This document shows positions 40,451-51,259 of a DNA stretch of 64,000 nucleotides, piece by piece. The position numbers and the translations under genes are program-made. The DNA is from Macrostomum lignano (lineage: Eukaryota), in assembly GCA_002269645.1 (NCBI GenBank), contig NIVC01000024.1, positions 620,001 through 684,000 of the forward strand. Direction: 5' to 3'. A model generated the notes under the pieces. The model was not told the DNA's origin, did no database searches, and saw only the letters and a list, made by a program, of their open reading frames with translations. How positions within the stretch are numbered: the stretch's first letter is position 1; every line of letters begins with the position of its first letter.

Positions 40451-40876
40451 TAGCTTCCTTAGTGCCGTTTCCCAGTAAAGAATCATCACAAATAGCTACG
40501 ACTGCTTTTTTAGTTCATTTTCTGCTAGCATCGCGGATCCTAGCCCGAGTCACGCAAAGAAGCAGCCGAATTTTTTAGCGGGCAAGCAACAAAAAAATGC
40601 TTACGCTAAAAAAATGGTCCAGTGGAGGGAGTGAAATCAAGAAGAAAGGTTGCTACGTACAATCAAATAGCTAACATTGACTTCGATAAAGTACACAGAT
40701 TTAAAAACACACAAGTTTTCACCCCGAAACCAGTAGTCAAATTATCCTCAGTTGACAAAATTCACTTTGTCATCTCAACTTTGTCGTCACAAAGCCCCAG
40801 CTTAGGCTGGTGAGGAGACAGTGGCAGAGTTACGAGAAAACTGGTTTCGGGTAGAATTCTTTTAACCTGGTTGCTG

Positions 40877-41177
40877 CATGGATGAATAATATAACTGGAT
40901 CGCCAGAAGCTCGGTTTTTTTGGTCCCAGCCATTGACAAGCACCAGCATCACAAGAAGCTCAGAATGCCGTACTTTCACCCTGCATATATTGCGAGCATG
41001 TGCTTGGACATAAAATAGAATACTTATAAACAAAGGTTTGCAGCTTCTGCAGCGGCTATTTGTCTATGTGTGAAAGTACAGCATTCTGAGCTTCTTGTGA
41101 ATGTGATGCTGGTGCTTGTCTATGGCTAGGACCAAAAAATCGAGCTTCTGGCGATCCAGTTATATTATTCATCCATG
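40877..41177. mobile_element. hAT-like MITE/foldback element with ~105-bp terminal inverted repeats
   Basis: The left arm 40877-40980 (catggatgaataatataactggatcgccagaagctc…gtactttcac) is the reverse complement of 41070-41177. Flanking 8-mers ggttgctg / ggtggctg (7 of 8 identical) fit an 8-bp TSD. Confidence 0.85.
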
Positions 41178-41604
41178 GGTGGCTGAGTGTACACAAGTAG
41201 TACATCTTGCACAGAAGTTATATCTATTTATCAATGTCTATCAACTCTTAGATCTATGGATACTCGTAAGTTAACTATTTAAACGAAAGATACTAAGAAA
41301 ATTAAGGCAATTAAGGAAACGTTATTCTTAAAGCTAAATGTAACATCAATTTGAAGTTAGCTAACAAATATGAAAGTACTATATGTACTAACAAATTGTC
41401 TGACTTATCAAAACAAGCAAATTAATTAAAAACGGTATAAAAACTGCCCGTTTGCTCAGACAATTAGACATACATCAGTAAAGCAAAAATTCACACTGCA
41501 ACTCAGAAAAAATTTAATTTAAACTAAAACCTATATGATAATTGAGATTTTGAATTTTTAAGGAAACAATGAAAAAACCACTTAGAGAGAGCAGAGGCAC
41601 AAAT

Positions 41605-41730
41605 ATATCTGACAGTCACAGATATAAATGGCTGACAGCCTGACAATTTACTTTAGATATCTGACAGTCAGGCTTAGATGTGTCTGAGAGTCAGGCTTAG
41701 ATGTGTCTGACAGTCAGGATTAGATGTGGC
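41605..41730. repeat. Short degenerate repeat (ctgacagtcaggcttagatgtgt)
   Basis: 4-5 units downstream of G6PC. Confidence 0.75.
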
Positions 41731-41802
41731 ACTAAGAGTCTCACTATAGGCCAAGGCAAGCAGAAACTCTAATAAATGATCGCCAGGCATTCAACAAACG
41801 AT

Positions 41803-42933
41803 CTAGCGCTCCTTCTTAGCAGCGGACTGTTTGCTGGGAGGTTTGGCAGCCGCCGTGGCGGTACCGTGTCTGGCAGCGTGCGGCCTGACGGCGTGGTGAC
41901 TGCCGCGGCCTGCGTTAGCCAGCCGACGCGAGTCCAGCTTGGCCGCCAGCACCGGCAGCACGATGGTGACAATCAGCGGCATCAGGGCGTACTTGAATGC
42001 GGCAAACAGATAAGTCTGTAGATCGGAGAAGCCTGGCTTCGGCTGGAATCGCTTCTCCAACAATACGCAGGCGCACATTGACAAGAATCCTGCGAAGCAC
42101 TTAGTCACGGTTCTACTAGGAGCCGGAACAGGCAGCAGGCTGGCCAGGAAGCTTGAGAAAGCGGCGCCAAGGATGGCACCAATATCGCGGTGGATGCTGA
42201 ATAGCGGCGTAGTGTCAATGCTAATCCACTCCGAGCTGGCGCAGTGCCGTTCGGCCAGCCGGATGGACCAGTCGGGATCGAGGCCCAGCTGCCGCAGGCA
42301 GTGACTAACACCCAGGGAGCTGCTGAACATTAGGAAGGCCAACAATAGCAGAGCAAACGGGCGAAGTATCTGGCTACCCATTTTCACGGCCACAATTGAC
42401 AGCAGACAGCCAGTGATCACTCCGCCAACAGCCTGATGCGGAAAGTGAGTTGCTAAGAAACAGCGCGACACGCCAAGGGCGGTGATGCCAGCAAAGTAGG
42501 CGTATCTGACAGCCAGCCTGGACTTGGTTGGCAAGCTCTGGCTGGCGTACAGCACAGGGATGTACCAGGAGGCCGCTGCCACCATGCAGTGACCGGACGG
42601 AGACCCTGGGCCAGTCTCGCAGGTCTGAGGAAACTGGGCCAGGGTTAGATTCACTTGGCGCAGCCGCTCGCCAACCCACCAATAGGGCCGCTCTCCGTGC
42701 AGAGCCCATTTTAACAAACCATTGAGCCACTCGGAGAAAGCGGCCGACCACAATACCGTGAGGCCCAGGTGCGAGTTCAACGCGTAGCACAATGGGAAAG
42801 CAATTATAAATGCGCTGACGGGATGCCCAAAGTCCGATAGCAGCATTAGAGGCTGGGCCAGCGGCATCAGGCCGGTCTGTAGGCCCGAGACGGCTCGAGC
42901 GCCGGACAGATGAAGCGAATCGAATACAGACTC
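41803..42933 (-). CDS. G6PC3: Glucose-6-phosphatase catalytic subunit (G6PC3-like, PAP2 family); single coding exon lacking a genomic ATG
   Basis: PAP2 motifs: WLNGLLKWALHGERPYWWV, QFPQTCETGPGSPSGHCM, SRCFLATHFPHQ, IDTTPLFS. The frame opens at acceptor tacttaaccttgcag|GAG, with an in-frame TAA at 42963-42961. Confidence 0.9.
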   Translation of the reverse strand, partial: ESVFDSLHLSGARAVSGLQTGLMPLAQPLMLLSDFGHPVSAFIIAFPLCYALNSHLGLTVLWSAAFSEWLNGLLKWALHGERPYWWVGERLRQVNLTLAQFPQTCETGPGSPSGHCMVAAASWYIPVLYASQSLPTKSRLAVRYAYFAGITALGVSRCFLATHFPHQAVGGVITGCLLSIVAVKMGSQILRPFALLLLAFLMFSSSLGVSHCLRQLGLDPDWSIRLAERHCASSEWISIDTTPLFSIHRDIGAILGAAFSSFLASLLPVPAPSRTVTKCFAGFLSMCACVLLEKRFQPKPGFSDLQTYLFAAFKYALMPLIVTIVLPVLAAKLDSRRLANAGRGSHHAVRPHAARHGTATAAAKPPSKQSAAKKER

Positions 42934-43129
42934 CTGCAAGGTTAAGTATTCGGCTTGGTTTTAGCGAATCTTTTTCCTAATTAGGGCAGTTGGTACTGCC
43001 GGCAAACAGTAATGAGCACTCTCCTGACCCCTGAACAGACACTTCTGTTTCTCCGGCAAGCGGGCCACATGCAAAGCCTCTCTATCCGGCCCTCGGGTCC
43101 TTTGAAACTCACAATAGCAAGCTTTTCTC

Positions 43130-43330
43130 ACCTATCTTCTTATCTCTCCTTTCCTATCCCTTCTCCTCTCTCATCTCCTTTCCTCTCCCTTCTCCTCTCT
43201 TTTCCCTCCTCTTTCCTTTCTCCTCCCTTTTCCTCTATCTTCTTCCTCCTTTCCCTCTCTCTTTTCTTATCCCTTCTCATATCCTTTCTCCTATTTCTCT
43301 TCTCTATTCTCTCTCCTCTCTCCCTTCCTC
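43130..43330. repeat. CT-rich low-complexity tract between FUOM and G6PC
   Basis: Polypyrimidine on the + strand. Confidence 0.8.
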
Positions 43331-43877
43331 TGGCCCACAGTCATGCGCCAGGTTCTCAATCTGGCCCTTGAGGTAGAAAGTTTGCCAACCCTGATCTAGA
43401 TGGTCTTTCCTATAGGTAGATACCTTGGCCTTAACTCATTCTATTTAATGTGGTAAAGCTACAATTTTAACAATTCTATGATCAATGCATGGCTGAGCTT
43501 CCCTGTGGTAGCTTTGTTGGAAACTAAAAATCAAATGGCGCCTATTCAAATGCAGAAATTCTTAGAAATTTAAAACCAAAGTCAAACCGATTTAATATAC
43601 AATGCTCAATCATATAGAATGTTACCAGTTTAATTTGTATAAAAATATTTAATAATATTGGTGAAAAATAGGTACAGTAAAAGCACTAATTATCTAGCTT
43701 AGAGTGTAAATTTGCCGATAGAAAAGTACAACAAAAAATGAAAAAACTAGAACCTGTAGAAAATATTATTATTCTCGATTTGTGCACATGTTAAGTTTAG
43801 AAACTCCAACTGAGCATTTTAACAATTATTGCAATGTAGTAGAAGTTTACAATAGCTAAACAGACTTAGATTAAATT

Positions 43878-45565
43878 TCAAATAGCAACGCCTTTGGTGA
43901 TAATGATATTAGCATACTGGGCCAGCTCCCCCGTATGGACAACACAGTAGGCCCTCTCCGCTGCTCTGTAAAACTGTTCGCGAGGCAATAGTTGCACCCG
44001 ACTTTTGCCGCTGCTGCTGGTCAATAAGTTAAAGTGCGGGTGCACTTTTGCATAGTCCGACCAGATTGGCGGGTTGGAACTGAATTTGTCAGCGTCTGAT
44101 GGCTCAACCTGCCAATTCAAATATGATGCTTAATGCCCCCACATACTGCTCACCACACCCGTTCTAAATGTAGTTCCCACCCTCTCCGACTCCCCAGCCC
44201 TGTCTCCCCACCCCTCTGTCTCCCCATCCCTCTCCATCTCCCCACCCCTCTCCAGCTCCCTACCCCTCTCCAGCTCCCTACCCCTCTCCAGCTCCCCACC
44301 CCTCTCCAGCTCCCCACCCCTCTCCATCTCCCCACCCCTCTCCGTCTCCCCACCCCTCTCCATCTCCCCACCCCTCTCCATCTCCCCACCCCTCTCCATT
44401 TTCTCACCCCTCTCCATTTTCTCACCCCTCTCCGTCTTTTCACCCCTCTCCGTCTTCTCACCCCTCTCCGTCTTCTCACCCCTCTCCGTCTTCTCACCCC
44501 TCTCCATCTCCCCACCCCTCTCCATCTCCCCACCCCTCTCCATTTTCTCACCCCTCTCCGTCTTCTCACCCCTCTCCGTCTTCTCACCCCTCTCCGTCTT
44601 CTCACCCCTCTCCATCTCCCCACCCCTCTCCATCTCCCCACCCCTCTCCATTTTCTCACCCCTCTCCGTCTTCTCACCCCTCTCCGTCTTCTCACCCCTC
44701 TCCGTTTTCTCACCCCTCTCCATCTCCCCACCCCTCTCCATCTCCCCATCCCTCTCCGTCTTCCCATCCCTCTCCGTCTCCCCATCCCTCTCCGTCTCCT
44801 CACCCCTCTCCATTTTCTCACCCCTCTCCGTCTTCTCACCCCTCTCCGTCTTCTCACCCCTCTCCGTTTTCTCACCCCTCTCCATCTCCCCACCCCTCTC
44901 CATCTCCCCATCCCTCTCCGTCTTCCCATCCCTCTCCGTCTCCCCATCCGTCTCCGTCTCCTCACCCCTCTCCATTTTCTCACCCCTCTCCGTCTTCTCA
45001 CCCCTCTCCGTCTTCTCACCCCTCTCCATCTTCTCACCCCTCTCCGTCTTCTCACCCCTCTCCATCTTCTCACCCCTCTCCGTCTTCTCACCCCTCTCCG
45101 TCTTCTCACCCCTCTCCGTCTTCTCACCCCTCTCCGTCTTCTCAGACCTCTCCATCTTCTCACCCCTCTCCGTCTTCTCACCCCTCTCCGTCTTCTCACC
45201 CCTCTCCGTCTTCTCACCCCTCTCCGTCTTCTCACCCCTCTCCGTCTTTCCACCTTCTGCGTCTCCCCGCGCATACTGTGCCAGTCTCCCTCAGGCTCAA
45301 CATAACCACCAAGCAAGCAACGAACCTGCATGAGTGCAATGGGACTCTCAATATAGGTATCAATAGGCAGCACAGACATGATGGCTTCCAATAGTTGAGG
45401 CATTTCGACACCGTCATAGCGAATGACAGAACAGCTGGCCTTCCGGGCAATGCTGTGGCTAGGAAAATGGGCATCAGCCAGTACCAGAGTGTCGCCATGG
45501 CCCATCTCTGCTAGGCACTTGAGCAGTTCAGGCGACAACAGACTGGGTATGCCTAACAGAGGCAT
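43878..45565 (-). CDS. FUOM: Fucose mutarotase (RbsD/FucU family), 2 exons
   Basis: Exon 1 is 45565-45326 (L.GIPSLLSPELLKCLAEMGHGDTLVLADAHFP…LLEAIMSVLPIDTY, cag|gttcgt). Exon 2 is 44108-43878 (PPIWSDY…REQFYRAAERAYCVVHTGELAQYANIIITKGV). The junction is phase 0. Confidence 0.93.
44175..45255. repeat. 18-bp minisatellite (ctcacccctctccgtctt) in the FUOM intron
   Basis: About 60 units. Confidence 0.97.
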
Positions 45566-47344
45566 TTGAGCTGGAAGATGCAGTAAAAGAACACTCTAAA
45601 GAATAAGCAGTGACCCCAAGTGTTTGGCACAAGGGGTTGTGCTATTTTTCACTTCTAGCATAATTTTTCTGACAAGTTCCATGACTAATAAACATGCATA
45701 TTGCACACATTAGACACATGTCAGGAGTTGCCGTCAATGCATTTGCAGTGGAAACAAGGGTCTTTTCACCGTGAAATAATCCTGTTTGGACAACTCTTTA
45801 TACTATTAAAATTTATCTGCTAGCTATTGCCACACTACACATTGCAAGACTGCAAGTTCACATGAGCAAGTAATAGACAACAGACTTGGTTTTGAGATTC
45901 AACAAAGTTGATATGTAAAAATTTCAATCATTAGCTAAACATTTTACACTATATAATACTGTATAAACAAAGCTTTGAAGCTCATTGCATCAAAGAAGCA
46001 ACCAAGTCATTAATGGTAGGTACAACCAAGCAATGAAAAATGCCTTATTATCTACTTAGTATTATACTATGTCTATTTTTTGGGTAGGCATTATTGCAAC
46101 TTACCTTAGCTAGGCCCACACTTTTGAAGGTTATTACATTTGTAGTATACTAGAAATCTCTATTCTAAAATTTTTGGCATACCAATGTATAGTTTAACTA
46201 TCTTGGCATACCACTTTAGGCTCAAGTAAATTTTTTGCACACCAACTTATGCTTACCAAAACTTTCAAACTTTGGTGAAAAAAAATTACACATTGCAATA
46301 AATTATCTTTTTTTAAAGTATAGGCCTATATGCTAGGTCCCTAAGAATTACCTGTAGACCATAGTCAAAAAGATGGCACAGTGTGCGCCAAAAAGATTTT
46401 TTTGGGACAATCTGTATACCATCTATGTGCCATTTGTGTGCCATCTATGCGCCATGTCTATGCCCTTATTTTATGTTTTTATATAATTTATGCAATTTAT
46501 ATAATTCATGTATTTTATATAAATTACATATTTTATAACAAATTTACAAAATTCTTAGAATTCATGCAGACTCAATATGCTACACCAGTTTTATGCTAAT
46601 AAAGATTCTATTCTGATTCCTTATACACCAAAGTTGTGCACAATACTGCATATGTCAGGGACCTTATATGCCGCATGCGCCACATGCGCTAGGGACCTCA
46701 GTGTGCACCATGATTGTGCGCTGCAAGTGCCAAGGACCTTAGTGTATGCCATGATTGTGCACTGAGTATGCCAAGGACCCCTTGTATATACCAGAATTTT
46801 CCATGGCAAAGGCCACCTTCTTGACTATGGCCTGTAGACAAATTGTTTGCAAGAGATTTGCTTACTAAGCTTTTCTTATTGAGATTTGCCTGCAATATAT
46901 TTTGCCTATGAAAAAATTGCCTATAGAGATTTTCTTGCAATGCAATTTTCCTGCAAGTGAATTAATTGCCTGCCAAGTTGTTTCTCACTGAGGTTTGTCT
47001 ATGATGCTTTTTGCTATAGTGCATTTTGTAGCTAGATTTGGTTTATATTTCCCTCCCCCTTTTTAAAATATGTATTTGATATATAGTTATTATCAAAATG
47101 TTTTGATTGGATAAATCTTTTTATTAAGACTTACTATACTATAACTAAGCATTAAGGAGGCAATACAAACAAAAAATATAGCATGGAAATCTACTGAACA
47201 TTAAAGAGCCATCATGTCAAACATAAAAGAGACACCATGTCAAACAAAATACACAATTTCAAACGTAAAAGTAAGCGTCATGCCAATTTTAAAGGAGCCA
47301 CTATAGAGCTAAGGAAATTGTAGCACTAGCTACTTATTGTATGG

Positions 47345-47420
47345 TGGATGCTTACTATTTGGGGATGCTTGCAATCTGGGGGATGCTTGCTATCTGGGGG
47401 ATGCTTGCTGTCTTGGGATG
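47345..47420. repeat. Short ~20-bp tandem repeat (tctgggggatgcttgcta)
   Basis: 3-4 units. Confidence 0.7.
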
Positions 47421-50400
47421 ATTTCTTTTTGCATTACACTTTATTTGAGCAGTTTGTCTGTCATCTTTGTGAAGGCTTTATTTGGCTGTCTTTTTGTTAC
47501 TTATAGAGAACAGAGATTCTATCCAGATGTCCCCCAACGGGGGGCGAAGATTGCTAGTCTATAGCTAAAGCCATGCACAATACATAATTTATGTCATAAG
47601 AAGCAATTGCCAATGATAAATTGGTATAAAATTATGACCCACACCCATCTTCTCACACTTTTGTTCCAGATAGAAAAGCATTTGTTCAACTTTATCCCCA
47701 CTAATAGTTTAATAGCAAAAGATTTTAAAACATCTATAGGCCTAGGCCTATACATCTATTTGGCACCATCTGCAGTGAAGCATGGTGACAAATATAGAAT
47801 ATGCTAATCGCTAGGCCTAGTGGGACAGTCAGTCAGTGGGACTCGTGACGCCAGTTCCCTTTTAAACTCATGACTCACCCCTTTCAAAAGGGTGAACTTA
47901 CTCAGGCCTATAATAAAATAAATTAGTGCTACGTGCTACATGTAACTGTTTACATGGTTCAGATTGCTGTTGGTTTTGCCGTTTTGGCGACAGATTTCAG
48001 ATAACCTTTGGCAATAACTGATGTAATTGTAAGTTTCGCTATTTCGGCAACATTATTATATATGAGGTGGGGGCGGAGAAAAGTAATGGGAAAACGGCGG
48101 CAGGCAGCGGTATAGTCTGTCTGTACCTACCCGCTTAAAAAATTGAAGCCGATTTCTGGTTAAATTCCTAGTTAAACTGTGAATATTAAAGGTTTATCTA
48201 GGAATGAGCTCAGATTATTAAGAGCGCGCGTCCAAGTTAAACTGACGTTTGAATTCATTGCACTTTAACAAAGCACGGTCAAAAAAATAAAAACAACGAC
48301 TGTTAAACTAAGCTAACTGTAAAAAAGTTGTATTTAAAATATTAGGCTGAACTTCATTACACACATAAACGAAACGCAGCATGAAAAGTAATAGATTTGA
48401 ATGTTATCGCGCACTCCGACACATTTTTTATTTTATTAGTTTACACCGATCGAGGTGGGGCGATTTAATATTTTGAACTGCCGCCTGCGTTAAGTTCGCA
48501 ATTTAAAGCCAGGAAATCGGGCAGTCGAATCTCGTTATTTCTACCGGGTTACTCCGCGTCTGCCGGGGTCCAATTCCCGAGGGGGGGGGGGGGTAGTTGA
48601 AGTCGTAGTCGAGCGGTCATTACTTTGGCGCGGTCGTTCAGGCTTGTTGTGTATTGCAGAAGGCATGCTATGCGTAGGGATAGTTCGGAAACAGGGTTTC
48701 TAGAAACTTCCTCAGCGCGGACAATTGTTTACGCATTGTTCCAGAAGTTTCCTCTCCCGGTCTTTCTAGAACTTTCCTTCCCCGCGTGCATAAATATACG
48801 AGCCGCCCTCCTATTGGCTAACCCCTCTTTTGGTGCCACTGAGCGCCCGGATAATTATCTATCTTGTTTCTGCGTTCGTTAATTCAACAACAGAACAAGG
48901 CTCATACACCGTATTCAATGTATGTCCATTAGCTTTAAAGCTTACCATGAGTGGCATACGAGCTGCCTTCACCGTAATTAACGTATTACGGACCGTTAGA
49001 TTCTCAGAACTTGCCTAGAGTTGATCTAGAACTGGTTATTTTATGCCGTGCGGGCCAAATATTCAAGATAACGTTAGGCTAGCTTATATTGATCAAAGAA
49101 TAAATATGGGTTATTCAGATTCGTCGTTTATTAACTGGATGAAGTTTCAGTTGTTGAGCTAGCCGATTACACGGGATGGATTCGGGGGCCGCGGTGTGGA
49201 GAGGCGAACTTACAGCCTGTAGTTGGGGTCTAGTTAAGAATATCAGTTAGTTGTGTCAAACTTACACAGAACATTAATTAGAGGGGGGACACCGATCGTT
49301 CCACGAGTGAGGCACGCGATTGGGGCAACGAGTGTTATGTTGGTTCCGGGTGTGGTAAGAAAAAAACAGAGATTACGGCAAAAATAATAGAAACCAGAGG
49401 AGGGGACATCAGATGGGCCAGACAAAGGAAGGGGAGAGACACCAAAAGTGGGCCAAGGCGCGGGGGCCAACCGGGGGGACGAAGGTGATGACAACACAAC
49501 GGTCAGCGCCTGGGCACACCGTAGCAAAATGTTCCGGAATGAGTCACACAAGGAATATTACGTCAAGAGTTAATTTACAACACAGTGGTAGCCCTTACTA
49601 CCATGCACGTATATGGGGCTATACTCGTAGTTAGGGCTCCTGAGATTTGCTTTTGGCGCGTTTGTCACGTTGTCGTCGTTATATTGAGAACTTTAGACCG
49701 TACGTTTAAACAAACTTCTTCTCAGCAGATTGCATGGGGACCTTCATCTGGCCAGTTACTTGAGCAGGTTCCTTGGCTATTCTTAAGCTAGTAGAAGGGT
49801 AGCTAATTTAGCAGTAGCGGAGCGGTCCAGGTGATCAAATGCCAAAACAATTAGAAATGTAAATAGATTTTCTGTCAGTGTAGATCGATACATGTATCGT
49901 GCGTGTTGAATACCAATTCAACGAGTTCTTGTGTGAAATTACCTTGTTGGGTATACTGGAGAGTGGAGTACTAGTTCAGTCACTCTCTAATTTAGCAAAG
50001 CAAGAGTTTGTTGCTACTAGCTATATAGGTAGTTTAAAAACGAACCTAAAGTTGTTTCAAAAAATTTTTTAATACATTATGTACGTACAATTGACTATTA
50101 ATCCACTGCAAAAAAAACATTATAGGCTGTAGAACGCAGATGAAATGAAATGAGCGAAAAATAGATGCGCGGATTACCCCCAAATTTATAAATGCCCAAT
50201 CCGCCCTTTATGCAAAATGCTTAATTTATGCATTGCAGATTGGCTTTGTCTGTACGTCTACACACATCGGCTCGCCTAGTTAAAATACTACAAGTTAACC
50301 TACATAAAGTGCATTTCTCGCTTCTTTCCCAGTTTCATCCTTTTCCCGAGGAACAACAACTTCTATGGTACTGGTAATTTATCGGTTGTAGGAGGACTGA

Positions 50401-50483
50401 GAACCATTTCTCAGTCCCCAAACGAGGCCTGAGAAATAGTTCTCAGTCCTGCTATAGTTGTATGTAACAAATGTACGCTCGTA

Positions 50484-50849
50484 GGGGGGCCGTAGCCCAG
50501 CGGTAGTGCAGCTGCTCTGGTGTGCCAGCGACCCAGGCTCGATTCCAAGTGCAGTCACATTAATTTGGGGCTGAATTGGAATCTCGGCTTGGCTCTGCTC
50601 GTGCAATTAACGGCCTTGAGAGCCAACCCCCCAAGGCGCAGTGAAGTGTACATGCCTAACGATAATATAAAGTTAGGGCCGCTGTACACTCCTGTGTGAG
50701 TGTGTGACTGCGTACGTATCCGCGCGCTTGTGTGCCTGCTCAGGGGAGTCGGCGGAATGGGCAGTAATGCCTCTCGCCGGTTGTGTGCCTATGTGCCGGT
50801 TGTGCGCTTAAAGTGCGCCAGGGTGCACACAACCCCCCTGCCTCTAAAA
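50484..50849 (+). mobile_element. tRNA-derived SINE (family B), full length with 15-bp TSD
   Basis: Box A gtagcccagcggtag, box B ggctcgattcc, and a short A tail. Perfect direct repeat aaatgtacgctcgta at 50469-50483 and 50850-50864. Confidence 0.85.
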
Positions 50850-51099
50850 AAATGTACGCTCGTAAACGAAAAAAACCAACAACAGGAAGTTCAACATAGT
50901 AAGAAATAGAAGCGTCTTGTAAGCACTCACTCAAAAACGATTTCGTTATAGTCTACATAGTAGTCTATTGATTTGTACAATCTGACCCCCACGCCTAACA
51001 GGCAATATTGACTTACCTACTAAAGCGAGCCCCACATCTTTAAAAAAGACGGCCCATAGCATCGCCCGCTTTTAAGAATTCCGCCGGAAAGAGGAGAGC

Positions 51100-51257
51100 G
51101 TCAGCCGGTGTGCGTCAGCCAGTGTGCGTCAGCCGGTGTGCGTCAGCCGGTGTGCGTCAGCCGGTGTGCGTCAGCCGGTGTGCGTCAGCCGGTGTGCGTC
51201 AGCCGGTGTGCGTCAGCCGGTGTGCGTCAGTTGGTGTGCGTCAGCCGGTGTGCGTCA
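51100..51257. repeat. 14-bp minisatellite (gcgtcagccggtgt)
   Basis: About 11 units abutting a Gypsy remnant. Confidence 0.95.
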
Positions 51258-51259
51258 GA

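Noticed and set aside
44150-45565. 471-aa FUOM fusion to an Arg/Gly-rich repeat protein (and the 341/390-aa overlapping ORFs)
   Set aside because: This is read-through of the 18-bp intronic minisatellite. A canonical donor at 45325 and acceptor at 44109 restore full FUOM.
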